The notes under the pieces were generated by a model, which saw nothing but the letters and a program-made list of their open reading frames with translations, was not told where the DNA came from and made no database searches. A DNA stretch of 64,000 bases from a virus (Duplodnaviria; Caudoviricetes). Position 1 is the stretch's first letter. Each line of letters begins with the position of its first letter. Positions 1 through 9,106 of this stretch are shown in pieces. The stretch spans positions 879-64,878 of the IMG/VR virus record IMGVR_UViG_3300028591_000210; one strand, written 5' to 3'. Position numbers and translations under genes: made by a program.

Positions 1-34
1 TTTTGTTTAAATATTTATTTAACTGTTAAGAACA

Positions 35-77
35 CATGTTTCTAATACATGCGAGGCTACCGTTACTCCATATCCGC
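35..77 (-). pseudogene. 5' half of a tRNA-like gene (acceptor 5' strand, D arm, anticodon arm), no T arm
   Basis: Minus strand reads GCGGATA-TG-GAG TAACGGTAGC CTC-G-CATGT ATTAGAA ACATG. No GTTCRA T-loop follows before the window edge. Confidence 0.4.
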
Positions 78-82
78 ATTTA

Positions 83-220
83 GGGAACATTTATTTTTGA
101 CCGCCGTGTTTATCCACTCCACCAACCTTTTTACGGGTGCAGGATTCGAACCTGCGAATGCTTTACGCATAGCGGTTTTTTAAAATACCTTGAATAAGCA
201 GAGATTTGCTGTTTGCTCCC
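83..220 (-). ncRNA. Circularly permuted tRNA-like ncRNA (Y RNA/YrlA-like architecture)
   Basis: Terminal stem GGGAGCA/TGTTCCC, then TATTTT/AAAATA and ACCGCT/GGCGGT. These enclose a variable arm (ATGC GTAAA GCAT), a T arm (GCAGG TTCGAAT CCTGC), a loop-closed ACC/GGT stem and a D arm (GTG GAGTGGATAAA CAC), in that order. Confidence 0.7.
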
Positions 221-232
221 TTGTTTCTTTTG

Positions 233-240
233 CAAATATA
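233..240 (-). promoter_or_regulatory. Bacteroidota-type sigma promoter -7 element (TATATTTG) for the ncRNA
   Basis: TAnnTTTG consensus, with a TTTG 19 nt upstream (-33 element). It lies 12 nt before the ncRNA 5' stem. Confidence 0.65.
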
Positions 241-264
241 CAAGAATTTTATTAAAAAACAAAA

Positions 265-624
265 TTATTCGTTAATAAAATCAGAAAATTCACCAAAATT
301 AACATTTATTGGCTCAAAATTATCATTTATTATACTTTCCGAATAATAATCTGAAAATAATTTCTGCAAATCATAATCTACGACAATATTAAAATCTTCA
401 TTTTCAATATTATCATAGGCGTTTATTGACAGTATTTTAAGCTTTTTAACGCCGTCAAACTGTTCTTCATCGTCCGAATAAAGATTATTCTCTTCTTCCA
501 ATGAATAAGTTACCACATATGAATAATCGTCAATTTCAAATTCAATATCATTTTCTCCCTCAATAAATGTCAAATCGAGGTCGTATATTTTATTAAATAA
601 TGTTGTTTTTGGAGAATCTACCAT
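265..624 (-). CDS. Acidic hypothetical protein
   Basis: 119-aa ORF, co-oriented with neighbours; no recognisable motif. Confidence 0.7.
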   Translation of the reverse strand: MVDSPKTTLFNKIYDLDLTFIEGENDIEFEIDDYSYVVTYSLEEENNLYSDDEEQFDGVKKLKILSINAYDNIENEDFNIVVDYDLQKLFSDYYSESIINDNFEPINVNFGEFSDFINE

Positions 625-639
625 GATTTTATATGCTTT

Positions 640-768
640 TTATCTGATTTCTCTTTTAATTATTCTGTTATTTTTCTTTTCCGGAGTGGACTCTTGAACA
701 GAACTTGAAGAAGTCTGAATTACTTTGCTGCCACCACCATTTTGTTTGTTTTTACAACCACATGCCAT
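640..768 (-). CDS. Small basic protein with N-terminal CxC (MACGCKNK..., 42 aa), absent from ORF track
   Basis: ATG at 768 and TAA at 640-642, translated by hand; it fills the gap between two co-oriented genes. Confidence 0.55.
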   Translation of the reverse strand: MACGCKNKQNGGGSKVIQTSSSSVQESTPEKKNNRIIKREIR

Positions 769-804
769 AATATATATACTTTTTTTTTTAGTTTTTTATT
801 CTTA

Positions 805-1290
805 TTAAAACTCTGATTCATCTTCCGGATAAAATTCTAATTCATCTTCGGGAATACATACAATTTCCTTGATAGCATCACGAATTCTGCCGTCATCATA
901 TAATTCTAAACTATTATAATTATCATCAAAGATAACTATTTTATTTATTACTACATTGCACTCGCCTTCAAATTCATCCGGGTCATCTGGTAAATCTCTA
1001 TCGTTGCTTCTCCATCCATGCCTTAACATCCTATTATCGCTAAAATCACAAGATATTATTGCAATGTTTTTGCCATTTTCGTCATAGTCATCACTCAATG
1101 GAACTATTACATTATCAGGATTATTTTCAATTTCTTCCTTGCTAATGTATTGAAGGCCATCTGCAATTAAATCCAAATACATGGAATCATTTGACGGAGT
1201 ATTAAATCCTTCAGATAAAACCTTTTGCACACTTTCTTTAATTATATTGTGCAAATCGCTTTCAGTTAATCTTATTATTTGCTTGCCCAT
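805..1290 (-). CDS. Putative head-internal protein with LTESDLHNIIKES leader
   Basis: Likely start is MGKQIIRLTESDLHNIIKESV at 1290 (ORF track starts at 1305). The late motif lies at 1315-1322. Confidence 0.7.
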   Translation of the reverse strand: MGKQIIRLTESDLHNIIKESVQKVLSEGFNTPSNDSMYLDLIADGLQYISKEEIENNPDNVIVPLSDDYDENGKNIAIISCDFSDNRMLRHGWRSNDRDLPDDPDEFEGECNVVINKIVIFDDNYNSLELYDDGRIRDAIKEIVCIPEDELEFYPEDESEF

Positions 1291-1342
1291 ATTGATAAAA
1301 TTCACATTTTTAAATATAAATATAACATTAATTTAAAAAATA

Positions 1343-2020
1343 CTATTTATCAGCTTTGGCTAAAACCTTATCAGCGATTCCATAATTAACAGCCTCTTGG
1401 CCAATTAACCAAAAATTTCTATCACAATCTTTTTCAATCTCCTCATAAGATTTACCGGTATTATTGGATAAAATCGTATATAAGTCTCTTTTACATCTGA
1501 GCGTTTGCTCCAATTCAATTTCAAGGTCTTTGCTAACACCGCCCATATGACTGCTCACTTGATGAATCATAACCCTGCTGTGAGGCAAAACAGTTCTTTT
1601 ACCCTTTTCGCCACAGCTTAATAAAACAGCACCCATAGACGCAGCCATTCCAACACACGTTGTCGAAACACTACAAGGAATGAAATTAATCGTGTCTATT
1701 ACGCCCAATCCATCAACAACAGAGCCACCAGGACTGTTAATATAAATATTTATATCCCTGTTGTCAGTAGAAGAAAGATACAACAACTGAGCTATAACAG
1801 TGTTACAAGATGTGTCATCAACAACGCCGGAAAAATAAATTATGCGGTCAAAAAGTAGCCTGCTAAATACATCCATCTGCGTAACGTTCATTTTTCTTTC
1901 TTCCAGAATAAACGGCATAATACTATTTTCATATGACTTAACTTTATCGTCAATAACAGATGGAGAAATATTTGCTTTATCTATTGCAAATTTTCTAAAA
2001 TCTTTAACTATATTTTCCAT
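1343..2020 (-). CDS. clpP: ATP-dependent Clp protease proteolytic subunit
   Basis: Motifs YINSPGGSV, GMAASMGA (catalytic Ser), RVMIHQ (His) and DRNFWL. Confidence 0.95.
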   Translation of the reverse strand: MENIVKDFRKFAIDKANISPSVIDDKVKSYENSIMPFILEERKMNVTQMDVFSRLLFDRIIYFSGVVDDTSCNTVIAQLLYLSSTDNRDINIYINSPGGSVVDGLGVIDTINFIPCSVSTTCVGMAASMGAVLLSCGEKGKRTVLPHSRVMIHQVSSHMGGVSKDLEIELEQTLRCKRDLYTILSNNTGKSYEEIEKDCDRNFWLIGQEAVNYGIADKVLAKADK

Positions 2021-2026
2021 GTTTTA

Positions 2027-2848
2027 TTAATCTTTTTTCTTTTCTAAAGTTTCGTTAATTATTTTTTCAGCAATATTATAATATTTTTCGACCTTTTCAA
2101 TTCCAATAAAATTTCTATTGTTTAAAATTGACATTTTACCGGTCGTTCCGCTCCCCATAAATGGGTCAAAAACCACATCGTCCTCATTTGACCACGATAA
2201 AATTTGGTCTTCTGCCAATTTATCTGGAAAAACGGCAGGATGTCCAGTTCTTGAACCTCCAACGGTGTAGGTAAAAATATTTGGATGGTATTTTGTATCT
2301 TTTGTCACCATTAATGTGGTTTCATCTGGAGACCTCATGGCTTGTTTATTGTCCAACACACCCCTTCTCTCAGAGCCATACTTTTCCACCTTGCCAGCGT
2401 GCTTGCATGGAATTTTAATGGGGTTAAATGTCTTTGGCTTGCCCTTTGAAAAACAGAACATATACTCAAAAGTCTGCTCATATCTATTATGAGTCAATGG
2501 AATATAATTCGCTTTTTGATATATCATCGTATCGTGCAAATTGAAGCCAATTTCCATAAAATACAAAGCTTGCCTGAACGAGGTACCGGTTTCTGAGCCT
2601 TTAATTGTCGCATCGTTGACAACCCATATTACAACGCCGCCATTTGCAGTTATATTATAAAGGAGATTCGCAACATTTCTGAAAATGTCGAAATTCCATT
2701 GTAAATCTCCCTCATAACCTCTTAAATTATCATATGGCGGACTGCACACGGTTAAATCAACAGTGATTCCCTTTTTAATTAAATCCTCCATAACTGGAAT
2801 GCAATCCCCCAAGTATAAATCAACTTTTGCCATTGGCCTTATCATCAA
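2027..2848 (-). CDS. DNA N4-cytosine/N6-adenine methyltransferase (beta class)
   Basis: Catalytic CSPPY precedes HPAVFP and the SAM-binding DPFMGSGTT. Confidence 0.9.
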   Translation of the reverse strand: MMIRPMAKVDLYLGDCIPVMEDLIKKGITVDLTVCSPPYDNLRGYEGDLQWNFDIFRNVANLLYNITANGGVVIWVVNDATIKGSETGTSFRQALYFMEIGFNLHDTMIYQKANYIPLTHNRYEQTFEYMFCFSKGKPKTFNPIKIPCKHAGKVEKYGSERRGVLDNKQAMRSPDETTLMVTKDTKYHPNIFTYTVGGSRTGHPAVFPDKLAEDQILSWSNEDDVVFDPFMGSGTTGKMSILNNRNFIGIEKVEKYYNIAEKIINETLEKKKD

Positions 2849-3515
2849 TTTTTATACCAGTATCTTGCTCATATTCAGCGTTAATTGCCGATATTGATTT
2901 GCTTAGTGTTGAATCAAACGCCAACGAAGCTTCATCCAATGTTGCTGCACATCTATATGCCGTTGCTGCTGTTGATATGACATTATAGTTATTATAAAAC
3001 TTATTCTTGCTTGTAAAACCCCTATACTTAAAATCCATATCATTTGCATCTTTGGCATCTGATAAGTCATTTCCAAGATAAATAAACTTCCACCCATATG
3101 TGTTTTCCTGGGTTTTAATCATCTCCTTAATCTTTTTAAGCTTATATTCCTTGGAAAAATTTTCTTCGCCATCTGTAATGACCACAAAAATCTTTTCGCC
3201 ACCTCGCTTATCTTCCGGTTGCCGATTATACCAAGCTCCAATCTTATCGATTGCCGTACCAATTCCATCGTACAAAGCAGTCAATGACTGAGGCTCGTAT
3301 ACTAATTCTTTGACCTCATCCAACTCCTTGCCAATAAAGCGCTCCTTAACCGTGTCATTAAAAGTGAATAATGATACAATACATTTTCCATCCTTTACTG
3401 CCTTTTGCTCATCAATGGTTTTCTGGAAGCCCCCCAACACATCAGCAGAATTAGCATACATACTTCCGGATTCGTCGATGCAAAATATTAAATGTATAAG
3501 TTTTTCTTCTTTCAT
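2820..3515 (-). CDS. von Willebrand factor A domain protein
   Basis: MIDAS motif DESGSM, plus TALYDGIG and VVITDGEEN. Confidence 0.85.
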   Translation of the reverse strand: MKEEKLIHLIFCIDESGSMYANSADVLGGFQKTIDEQKAVKDGKCIVSLFTFNDTVKERFIGKELDEVKELVYEPQSLTALYDGIGTAIDKIGAWYNRQPEDKRGGEKIFVVITDGEENFSKEYKLKKIKEMIKTQENTYGWKFIYLGNDLSDAKDANDMDFKYRGFTSKNKFYNNYNVISTAATAYRCAATLDEASLAFDSTLSKSISAINAEYEQDTGIKIDDKANGKS

Positions 3516-4879
3516 TTTATTATTTCATTTAAAAAATTATTTTTATTTTCAGCTTCTACAACATCACATATGTCATTTTTATCAACAAATGTATTTTTGT
3601 TATTGTAAAATAATTTATAATTATTATATTTTTGTGGAACAATATAAAGCAGCAAAACGCCATTATCTTTACAGAGTCTATTTTTTAAAGCATCCATTTC
3701 TTCTCTATGCTTTAAACCTTCCTCACCTCCTAGGTGTTTAAACGGTATAAAATGCTGCTCCCCTTGGTATTCTATACCAATTTTATATTCTGGCAAATAA
3801 ATATCTATGCTTTGCCTGCCTAGCCAGTCAAATCTAGCATTCCTAAGCGCTTTTCCGTATTTAGCTAAAAAATATTGGTATAACGCCTCCTCAATTTGCC
3901 CACCGTTCCTGTTGCATATATAACAACCCCTTCCATTTAAATGGTCGAACGGCTTTTGCCAAAACTCCCCATGCTCTGGGCATATTATACATATCTTTAT
4001 AGTCGCATCAACATACTGAGCCTTTGAATAATCATATTTGTCCCCATGAACTTTTTTAGCCCTTTCAATAAACATGTCGGTTGTTAGTCTTTCTTTTTCC
4101 GCTCTTTTTAGTACGCCGCAGTTAAAACAGCCTTGCCCTCTCATATGTCTGTCTGGAGTTTGCCAAAATTCGCCATGCTCTGGACATATTATACACACCT
4201 TTGTTCTATTATTAACATAATTAACTTTTGAATAATCATATTTGTCGCCATGAACTTCACGCGCTTTTTTTATAAACCCCTCCGTTGTGATTTGTTTGTT
4301 TTTACAACAATTTGGGCAACCTTGGCCATTTAAGTGGCAATTTGGAGTTTGCCAAAATTCTCCATGTTCTGGGCACACTATGCATACTTTCGTATGATTG
4401 TTGATGTATTCTACATTTGAATAATCATATTTATTATTATGTAATACTTTAGCTTGTTCGATAAATGCTTCAGCTGTTTTTTTTCGCTTTTTGCTGGCAG
4501 TTTTAATGCCACAAATAGGACATCCGTTGCCTAATAAATGTGAGCCAGGAGATTGCCAAAATTCTCCATGTTCTGGGCACACTATGCATACTTTCGTATG
4601 ATTGTTGATGTATTCTACATTTGAATAATCATATTTATTTTCATGCACCTTATTGGCTTTGACTATAAATTCTTCAGTAGTAAGTTTTTTAGTGCCACCA
4701 CATTTTGAACAACCATATCCTTTAGTATGGTTGGCTGGCATTTGCCAAAATTCGCCATGTTCTGGACATGTTATACATACTTTTGTTTTGTTATTTATGT
4801 AATGCACCTTTGAGTAATCATACTTATCTCCATGGACCTTTCTTGCTTTTTTAATAAATTCATCCCTTTTATCTATCAC
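3512..4879 (-). CDS. Free-standing endonuclease: five zinc-binding DUF723-like repeats plus C-terminal PD-(D/E)xK/Vsr-like domain
   Basis: Repeated HGDKYDYSKV..CPEHGEFWQ.P..H..G.GC..C, and C-terminal IDIYLPEYKIGIEYQGEQH. Confidence 0.8.
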   Translation of the reverse strand: MIDKRDEFIKKARKVHGDKYDYSKVHYINNKTKVCITCPEHGEFWQMPANHTKGYGCSKCGGTKKLTTEEFIVKANKVHENKYDYSNVEYINNHTKVCIVCPEHGEFWQSPGSHLLGNGCPICGIKTASKKRKKTAEAFIEQAKVLHNNKYDYSNVEYINNHTKVCIVCPEHGEFWQTPNCHLNGQGCPNCCKNKQITTEGFIKKAREVHGDKYDYSKVNYVNNRTKVCIICPEHGEFWQTPDRHMRGQGCFNCGVLKRAEKERLTTDMFIERAKKVHGDKYDYSKAQYVDATIKICIICPEHGEFWQKPFDHLNGRGCYICNRNGGQIEEALYQYFLAKYGKALRNARFDWLGRQSIDIYLPEYKIGIEYQGEQHFIPFKHLGGEEGLKHREEMDALKNRLCKDNGVLLLYIVPQKYNNYKLFYNNKNTFVDKNDICDVVEAENKNNFLNEIIK

Positions 4880-4900
4880 ATTAAATTAAATTTCATAATT

Positions 4901-5356
4901 TTATTTTCTCTTTTTGTTTTCCTTTTCGGCTTCTTTTCTTGCCTTTTCTTCTTCGGCAATTTCATCAATTATAATTTGCGAAGCTTCAATAATATCAATA
5001 TAATTCGGATATTTCCTTCTCATTCTTATCAGCTCGCCATACTGACTGTTGTCAATCAAAATCCTCTCCTTGTCGGTATCATAAGCTACATTACTCAATA
5101 CTCCTTCCATAAGTATATTCTTATATTCGTCCGAAAGTCTATCAAAAACTTCCTCGTAAACGAATAACGTGACCACATCACTATCACGTATCAACCATTC
5201 AGTGGTTGCATTTGCTCTTGCGATTTTGAGTGGTTGTTTTGATTTTGTGACTGACATTACTTTTAGGTTTACTCCTATTTGTTGCAGCCCTGTTTCATTA
5301 AACTTGTCATGTGCAAGTTTTAAAATGTCTTCGTTGGTTTTAAAAATTTTGCTCAT
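4901..5356 (-). CDS. Hypothetical protein (possibly degenerate phage metallopeptidase-like)
   Basis: 151-aa ORF preceded by a TATATTTG promoter; family resemblance is weak. Confidence 0.6.
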   Translation of the reverse strand: MSKIFKTNEDILKLAHDKFNETGLQQIGVNLKVMSVTKSKQPLKIARANATTEWLIRDSDVVTLFVYEEVFDRLSDEYKNILMEGVLSNVAYDTDKERILIDNSQYGELIRMRRKYPNYIDIIEASQIIIDEIAEEEKARKEAEKENKKRK

Positions 5357-5414
5357 ATTATTATATTTCTATTTATTTATTTAAATAATAATCAAATATT
5401 TTATATACTTTTTA

Positions 5415-5422
5415 CAAATATA
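5415..5422 (-). promoter_or_regulatory. Bacteroidota-type -7 promoter element
   Basis: TATATTTG on the minus strand, upstream of the 5356 operon. Confidence 0.55.
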
Positions 5423-5460
5423 CAAAAAAATATTTTAAAAAAGAAGAAAAATGTTAAAAT

Positions 5461-6156
5461 ATGAAAAAAAATTCTCGTAGGCCCAAGAAAAACATATACC
5501 ATATTATATTAACGAGTAATGGTAAGCGTATTAAGACACTTTACAACTGTGCGTCTGAAAAGCTTGTTAATAGCAAGTTTAACAAATTAATTGAGGAAAA
5601 TAAGAATGTTAAATTTCCGGTGAGGTATATAAATGTTGGAAAGTTGGTGAAGGCTCATTATGAATTATTTATCATAAAGAGGAATGATGATGATAAAGAG
5701 GTTATTAAATTAAAGGACAATGATGGCAAGATAAAGGGGTTTAAGACGGATGATGAAGATTGGGTAATATATGACCGTAGTGATTATGAGAAGGAAGAGA
5801 CCTTTTGGGTATATGGTTTTCATCCAATTTTTCAGAGGAAGGATTTTTCTTGGATATATGATAATTTAATTTCAAAGAATGTTTCAAAGGAGAGCGCCAA
5901 GCAGGTTTTGGTTTATCAGAATAAGCTATTAATATCCACCGCATATGATTTGCAAATTGTTTTTTGCAAGAACATATCGGACTGTGTAAGGTTATATAAT
6001 GAATTGGAGCGGGAGCGTGATAATAATAAATTAAAGTATGTATTTTTCAATGGCGATGTATATAACAGCTATGTAAAGGGTAATTGGTTAAAGAAGATGA
6101 AGGAATTAACGGGATGGGATTCACATAAGTTGGCAAGAAAAAGCCTAAGGCCATGA
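5461..6156 (+). CDS. Hypothetical protein
   Basis: 231-aa ORF ending at a bidirectional hairpin. Confidence 0.75.
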   Translation: MKKNSRRPKKNIYHIILTSNGKRIKTLYNCASEKLVNSKFNKLIEENKNVKFPVRYINVGKLVKAHYELFIIKRNDDDKEVIKLKDNDGKIKGFKTDDEDWVIYDRSDYEKEETFWVYGFHPIFQRKDFSWIYDNLISKNVSKESAKQVLVYQNKLLISTAYDLQIVFCKNISDCVRLYNELERERDNNKLKYVFFNGDVYNSYVKGNWLKKMKELTGWDSHKLARKSLRP

Positions 6157-6194
6157 AAAATGGAAGGTAGTTTATTTGCTATCTTCCATTTTTT
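6156..6194. terminator. Bidirectional intrinsic terminator
   Basis: aaaaatggaaggtag...ctatcttccattttt between convergent genes. Confidence 0.7.
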
Positions 6195-6435
6195 CTTCTG
6201 CGGCGAATATAATATTAAGGTTTTCAAACTTTACTATTACATCATTATCTGATGGAATAAATTCTTTTCCTTCCGGTTTATTTCTATAATAAAGGTCTTC
6301 ATCTATTTTTTTCAAAATATTTTTATCCACCTTTATCACCAAATTATTTTCATCATTTATTCCATTTTCATGCAAGAACTTTGAAATATATTCTCCAAGT
6401 TCATATATTTTCATGCTATTTAGTTCAACGTTCAT
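6172..6435 (-). CDS. Hypothetical protein
   Basis: 87-aa ORF in a co-oriented run. Confidence 0.7.
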   Translation of the reverse strand: MNVELNSMKIYELGEYISKFLHENGINDENNLVIKVDKNILKKIDEDLYYRNKPEGKEFIPSDNDVIVKFENLNIIFAAEEKMEDSK

Positions 6436-6530
6436 AATTTTAGATTAATATTTTCGATTAAGATGTCAAATTCTCTTTTCCATCTTTCATTTGTTACGTT
6501 TGGGTATGACCTGACTACATTATTTTCCAT
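6432..6530 (-). CDS. Small hypothetical protein (32 aa, MENNVVRSYP...), absent from ORF track
   Basis: Fills an intergenic gap; its TGA overlaps the next ATG (ATGA). Confidence 0.45.
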   Translation of the reverse strand: MENNVVRSYPNVTNERWKREFDILIENINLKL

Positions 6531-6532
6531 GC

Positions 6533-7132
6533 TTAATCAACGGTAAAAGTAATTACCCAATTTGATGTATCATCAACAATATCGTTAATAAAGTCTGTAA
6601 CGGTTCTCCATGTTGCGCCGGCTTCCTTCATTGCATCAAGATATTTAACAACTGATTTCATATCATCGTCAACGAAATCCCCGCATCCATTTTTGCCCTC
6701 ATGGATATAAACATAATATTGGTGTTTTCCATTATTAACGATGCAATATGCCGTCATTTTCTTTCCGGTCATATCACTTACGGTATTAAGAACCTTAAAT
6801 GCTTTTTCCAATTCATTATCATTTAATGTTGTTGCTTTTTCTCCATTGAAATAGATAATTTCGTTGAAATTAACAGCATCATCATATCTTCTATATTCGG
6901 AAGAATTCATAACGTTATGTAGCTTGCCGTCAAAGCTATAAACGCCTCTTAATGCCGTGTCAATTGAAAACATATCATTTACGCTTGCAGTGCTTCTTAG
7001 CAATTCTTTAACGCCATCTGCATCATATAATGATGGCGACATGAAATTTCTAACATCCTTTAAAAATCTTTTTCCATAAAAGGCAAAACTTTCAGCAATG
7101 TACTTAACCTTGTTAAATAGTGTTTTTTTCAT
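6533..7132 (-). CDS. Hypothetical protein
   Basis: 199-aa ORF. Confidence 0.7.
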   Translation of the reverse strand: MKKTLFNKVKYIAESFAFYGKRFLKDVRNFMSPSLYDADGVKELLRSTASVNDMFSIDTALRGVYSFDGKLHNVMNSSEYRRYDDAVNFNEIIYFNGEKATTLNDNELEKAFKVLNTVSDMTGKKMTAYCIVNNGKHQYYVYIHEGKNGCGDFVDDDMKSVVKYLDAMKEAGATWRTVTDFINDIVDDTSNWVITFTVD

Positions 7133-7370
7133 CTTTGCAAAATAATTTTTTAATTTTATTCTTATAGTATGTTTTTTTATATTTAATTTTTTCTTTAAAT
7201 GATAACTTAACTTTTTTCTTTCCGCTTAAAACATCTTTCATATCTTGGCCAACAGAACCCTTTAATAATGCTTCCCATCGCTTTTTCTCTGATTCTACCG
7301 CCCTCTCTGTCATAAGTATTTCATTATTAAGTAATTTCGTTTCTCTAATTAATTCACGATTTGATTCCAT
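7113..7370 (-). CDS. Hypothetical basic protein
   Basis: 85-aa ORF in an operon-like run. Confidence 0.65.
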   Translation of the reverse strand: MESNRELIRETKLLNNEILMTERAVESEKKRWEALLKGSVGQDMKDVLSGKKKVKLSFKEKIKYKKTYYKNKIKKLFCKDEKNTI

Positions 7371-7371
7371 A

Positions 7372-7519
7372 TTATGTTAGATAAATTGCCTTAATTATCT
7401 TATTTTCATTGGCTTTATTCATTTCTCCAAAATTCTGTAAAGCATTTCTAACCGCCTTGTAGAATTGTTTGCCAACATGTATATCATTTCCTTCATTTAT
7501 TATTAATTTTCTTCGCCAT
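7372..7519 (-). pseudogene. Frameshifted small gene (MAKKI-IINEGNDIHVGKQFYKAVRNALQNFGEMNKANENKIIKAIYLT)
   Basis: Removing one nt after codon 5 gives a 48-aa ORF whose stop lies 1 nt before the next ATG. Confidence 0.35.
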
Positions 7520-7871
7520 TATTGGAACGCTCCAATGCTTCTTGCAACGTATGTATAAGCCAATTAATGCCACTACCTATGGCCCCATCAAAAAATATTA
7601 TAAATGGAAACATTGTTTTATCATTTATTAAAAAATTCATTGGCGTTATTGGAAATAAGCTAAAAAATATCAAATTCACAGAGCTTATAAACATTGCTAC
7701 CCACCAAGGAGTGCATATCATGCACCTACTGGCTTCTGCCAATATTGGATGTGCTTCGTCCAAATATGTGTGCATTTTTTTAAAAATATGAAATGGCCCA
7801 TTGGCAAATACAATGGTATTGCTTATTCCATATACAATTAAACAAAATGTGAAAATTATAATGAATTGCAT
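7503..7871 (-). CDS. Membrane protein with CxxC (DUF1360-like)
   Basis: Three hydrophobic segments and a CMICTPWW motif. Confidence 0.6.
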   Translation of the reverse strand: MQFIIIFTFCLIVYGISNTIVFANGPFHIFKKMHTYLDEAHPILAEASRCMICTPWWVAMFISSVNLIFFSLFPITPMNFLINDKTMFPFIIFFDGAIGSGINWLIHTLQEALERSNNGEEN

Positions 7872-7874
7872 GTT

Positions 7875-8324
7875 TTATTCTTCCTTTTTATCTTCAATTA
7901 TTATTTCATCAGCGGTAACTTCAGTTTTCTTTTTTCTTGTGTATTTTCTTTTTGGTTTTTCTTTTTTCTCCTCTTCAATTGAAATCTTAAGTCTGCTTAA
8001 ATCTTCATATGTATTCTTTTTAAAGATTTCTTTAAGTTCATTTATTTTTTCAGTTAATAGTCTTACCTTAAGTTCAGCATCTTTATTTGCTTCGATTGTT
8101 TCTTTAATCAATGAAAAAATATCATCCAAAGATACTTTATTCATGTCGCCATAATAGAAATATTCGCCTTCTATTCTTTCACTTCTTGCCGGCTTTATAT
8201 TACCATCTTCAGAGGGATAAATCTGCCATCTGGGAGGGAAATTAACTTTAACAATTAAAGCTTCATTATAATATTCTATCCCCCTAAAATAATCTCCCAA
8301 TTTCATTATTTCATCCTGTAACAT
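7875..8324 (-). CDS. Hypothetical protein
   Basis: Probable start is ATG 8324 (MLQDE); ORF track starts at TTG 8366. Confidence 0.7.
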   Translation of the reverse strand: MLQDEIMKLGDYFRGIEYYNEALIVKVNFPPRWQIYPSEDGNIKPARSERIEGEYFYYGDMNKVSLDDIFSLIKETIEANKDAELKVRLLTEKINELKEIFKKNTYEDLSRLKISIEEEKKEKPKRKYTRKKKTEVTADEIIIEDKKEE

Positions 8325-8407
8325 TTTTTTAAGTATTTTATAAAATATAAAAAAAATGTCCAACAAATAAAGGTTTTGCTGAACATTTTTTTAAAATTAT
8401 TTTTTAA

Positions 8408-9100
8408 TTATTTTTTTAACAAATCAAATGTTAATGATGCACCTACCACTGTACCAAATGTTTTGTTTGTTAAATCATATCCATATGTTATTGATGGTCC
8501 TAAAGAAAATCTCTTCCAAAAATTCCTTTTTCCTTTCTTAACCACCGTTACATCTGTAATATCAGCATTATGCCATGAATCTCCTATGGTTATATGATTC
8601 ATTCCATTTTCATACTCTTTATTTATAATGGTAAATTTCGTAGAAGTTCTAATGTCTAATGAATACCAATTAGGCTCTTCCGTTGAATTCAATTTTAACT
8701 TATACAATAACGTATCATTTGGATTTACATTTGTATATTCAAATGTTTTAGCATTCTTTATACTATCGGCATATATAGTATCTCTCACTATCTCTTTTTT
8801 GATGATTACTTTACCAGTATGATATTCTTGATTGGCAGTAAATTGCACCAAAAAATCTATCCTATCTTTGCTTTTCTTTAAAGAATCATATAGTTCTTTA
8901 TTTGTTTTTTTCAAATCACTTATTTCACCTTCATAATATATCTTATGGTAAGTATTTAAACTATCCAAATACTCTATTTCTTCCATTTTTTCATGGGTCA
9001 AACCTATTTTATAATGAGTAAACCCCAATAAAAATATTATTACAAAAAATGAAATAATAAGAAAAACATGACACTTTTTATTACTACTATCCAAGCCCAT
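8408..9100 (-). CDS. Membrane-anchored coiled-coil protein (spanin-like candidate)
   Basis: N-terminal TM helix, coiled coil and C-terminal amphipathic beta strands. Confidence 0.5.
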   Translation of the reverse strand: MGLDSSNKKCHVFLIISFFVIIFLLGFTHYKIGLTHEKMEEIEYLDSLNTYHKIYYEGEISDLKKTNKELYDSLKKSKDRIDFLVQFTANQEYHTGKVIIKKEIVRDTIYADSIKNAKTFEYTNVNPNDTLLYKLKLNSTEEPNWYSLDIRTSTKFTIINKEYENGMNHITIGDSWHNADITDVTVVKKGKRNFWKRFSLGPSITYGYDLTNKTFGTVVGASLTFDLLKK

Positions 9101-9106
9101 AATTTA

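Noticed and set aside
133-182. Ordinary tRNA gene suggested by the T-arm
   Set aside because: The D arm lies downstream of the T arm, there is no anticodon loop and no full acceptor stem; reinterpreted as a permuted ncRNA.
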